DNA of 64,000 nt. Source: Felis catus. Its lineage: Eukaryota. Under the pieces are notes generated by a model. That model saw only the letters and a program-made list of their open reading frames with translations, searched no databases and was not told the DNA's origin. Below, piece after piece: positions 61,487-64,000 of this stretch. The position numbers were made by a program, and so were the translations under genes. Each line of letters opens with the position of its first letter. The first letter of the stretch is position 1. Where the stretch lies: assembly GCF_018350175.1 (NCBI RefSeq), contig NC_058383.1:2852001-2916000 (forward strand), written 5' to 3'.

Positions 61487-61773
61487 TTTTCTTCCTTTTA
61501 ATTAGTTAATGACTTGATTCACTTTTGGATGAGATACCATAGTTTGCTTTATAAAACAGAAAAACCCATTTTCATTCATATGTTATTTAGTTTTATTATA
61601 ATGACTTAAAGCCGTCCTCTTTGTGAGAGGAAGACTGTCGTATGGCCAACACAGCTCTGACTCCACTCAGGAAGACCTTCGTCCTTACCAGAGGGCCCTT
61701 TTGTTGTGCCAGAAGCTTCTCAGGTGGATCAGAATGGGGACATTAACTAGCTCCCAAACTAACCTTATTGAAC

Positions 61774-63245
61774 TTTTTTTTTTTTAAGTTACAGCTCTGC
61801 TGAGGTGTAATTAACATACCCTCACCACAATCAAGACAGTGTGTGTATATATATATATATGTACACACCTCCCCCTAAATTTCATTGAGCAGAGTTATAA
61901 TTATCCTGTCAGGTTTGTTGCACATGCCCCCATCATCAGTCACTGATCTGCTTTTTGTTACTACAGATGAGTTTGCATTTTCTAGAGTTTTATAAAAAAA
62001 GAAGCCTGTATAGCACATCTTCTTTTTGTCATTATTTTGAGATTCATCCATGTTTTTATAGGTATTGTTCATTGTTCATTTTTAGTGCCAAGTAAGTCTT
62101 CCCTCATGTAGATATGCCACAATGTTTTCATCCATTTACCTGCTGATGAATACTTGGATTATTTCCAGGTTTGGGCTAGCTATTACAAATAAAGCTGGCA
62201 TGGACATTTGTGTGAAAGAGTTTATCTGGACATGTACTTCCTTTTCTTTTGAGCAAAATGTAGGATTAGACTAGTGGGGTCATAGGATAGGTACATGTTT
62301 TAAGAAACTGTTTCCAGAGTGACCCCATCATGCTCTCTGGTACAGCTCGAGTTTCTCCACACCCCTGCCAACACTTGGAATGGTCAGTCTTTGTCATTTT
62401 AGCCATTCTGGATGAGTGTGTAGAGGTGTATCGTCGTGGTTTCGGTTTTCACGTCCCTGGTGACTGACAGTGTTGGGTATCTTTTCATGAGCTTGTTGGC
62501 CATCCGTGTATCTGAGATGTCTTTTCAGATCTGTTGTCTGTTTTAAATTGGGTTGTTCCCTTTGTTGAAGTTTTTAGAGTTCTTTGTTTAGAAAGCAAGC
62601 TTATTACATATATATTTTTCATAGATTTCTCCCAGCCTGTGACTTGCCTCTGCATGTTCTTCACAGCATCTTTGGAAAGTAGAAGTTTTTAATTTTGATG
62701 AGGTGAGATTTTCCAATATATTTTTTACGTATCATGCTTTTGGTGTCATATCTAAGAAATCTTTGTCTAACCAAGAGTGTAAATATTTTCTCCTAATTTT
62801 TTTCCTAAAAAGGTTAATAGTTTTAGCTTTTACATTTAAGCCTGTGGCCTATCTTGAGTTAAGTTTCATATATAGTGTGGGGTATGGATCCAGTCATGTT
62901 TTTTGTTTTTTATTTAATCATTTAGTGTCAATCGTCCATGTATGTGTTGGTGTATTTTTGGACTCCCTGTTTGGATTCATTGAGCTTTTTGTGTCCCCTT
63001 ACACCAGTGCTAGAATATCAGTGCAGGAACTTTATAATAATTCTTGAAGTCAGGTAGCATGAGCCCTCCAACTTTGTTGTTCTTTTTCAAAGGTGTTTTG
63101 GCTCTGCCATACAAATTTCAGAATCAGCTTGTCAATTTGTACCAGAATGTCTGCTGGAATTTTGATAGGGATTACAGTGCGTTTATAGGTCAACTTGGGA
63201 GAATTGATGTCTTGACAATATTGAGTCTTCCAAACCATGAACAGA
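61774..63245 (-). mobile_element. Old L1 (L1MB/MC-like) 3' UTR and ORF2 end
   Basis: Poly-T start; ORF2 remnant PKLTYKRTVIPIKIPADILVQIDKLILKFVW. Confidence 0.85.
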
Positions 63246-64000
63246 GTCTCTGGATCTCTGAAATTTAAAACTGTTATCTGGGTTTAAATATAAGCCACTT
63301 GGGATTACTGACCAGGAAAGAAAGCAAAAGGGGTACTCCAGGTGCTTCACAGTTAGATAAGCAGGATACTGGGGATTGGTCTTTTTGCTTGATTTGCCTG
63401 ACCGGTTCTCCACACAATTCTCATTTAATATGAGATGTCTAAACATTAGATGTCTTACCCCAAAAAAGATCCTTGAGTCCTCCACAAGCTTCCTTGTCCC
63501 ACAGATGCCAGTCGACCACGAATATGTATACTCACCTAATCTACTCACTCCATGGAGGATGGAGGGCATTTTGGGTGAGACTCGGATGGGTTTAAATCAC
63601 AGATCCAAGAATATTCAAATCCTCCCCTGATCAACTACCTTTTGGGGGGAGTTTAATGCAGGAATGACACCAGAACACATATAACAAAGATTAAACCATT
63701 ATTAATAGGAGCAACGTAATTCTGGTTGTGAAGGAAAGAGATCAGTGTACCATGGATATTTAGATAATCGTGTGATTTATAGAATATAGCCTTTCATGTT
63801 GGGGCTGCAGATTTTTCTGAAGGAGTGTCAGTTACAGTAATGAGACTGAGCTTTGACTTCTATGAAGGCAACAGATGGAATGGTGACCAGGTCATTGCAA
63901 ATTAACCACAAATTCTTCAAGGACAAGGGGGAACATATTTGTCATTGACTGTCGGCCTATAGTGTCCTCCACTGTGGGGAATAGGAACAGTCAGCGTGCC

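Overview
This is mammalian nuclear DNA from a felid (cat family), identified by felid-type Can-SINEs (SINEC_Fc family) and a felid L1. I found no protein-coding exon, RNA gene or CRISPR array. About half of the window is transposable-element sequence: 26 Can-SINEs, one full-length but frameshifted ~6 kb L1 (42498-48499, minus strand), a 5'-inverted L1 (21850-23897), long nested old L1s, MaLR/ERV LTRs, a Tigger-type DNA transposon, and MIR/L2 relics. The strong minus-strand bias of L1s and SINEs suggests a long intron of a plus-strand gene, which I cannot name. Repeat-poor blocks (about 24-28.8, 36-42 and 53.4-59 kb) hold candidate enhancers and candidate non-coding exons or microexons. I cannot support a new biological system from sequence alone. 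The best leads are a recursive-splice-type YAG|GTAAGT motif, unusual retrotransposition structures, fold-back repair scars and a ~640-bp polypyrimidine tract. Repeat subfamily names come from recalled consensus sequences, not a database search, and boundaries of old repeats are approximate.
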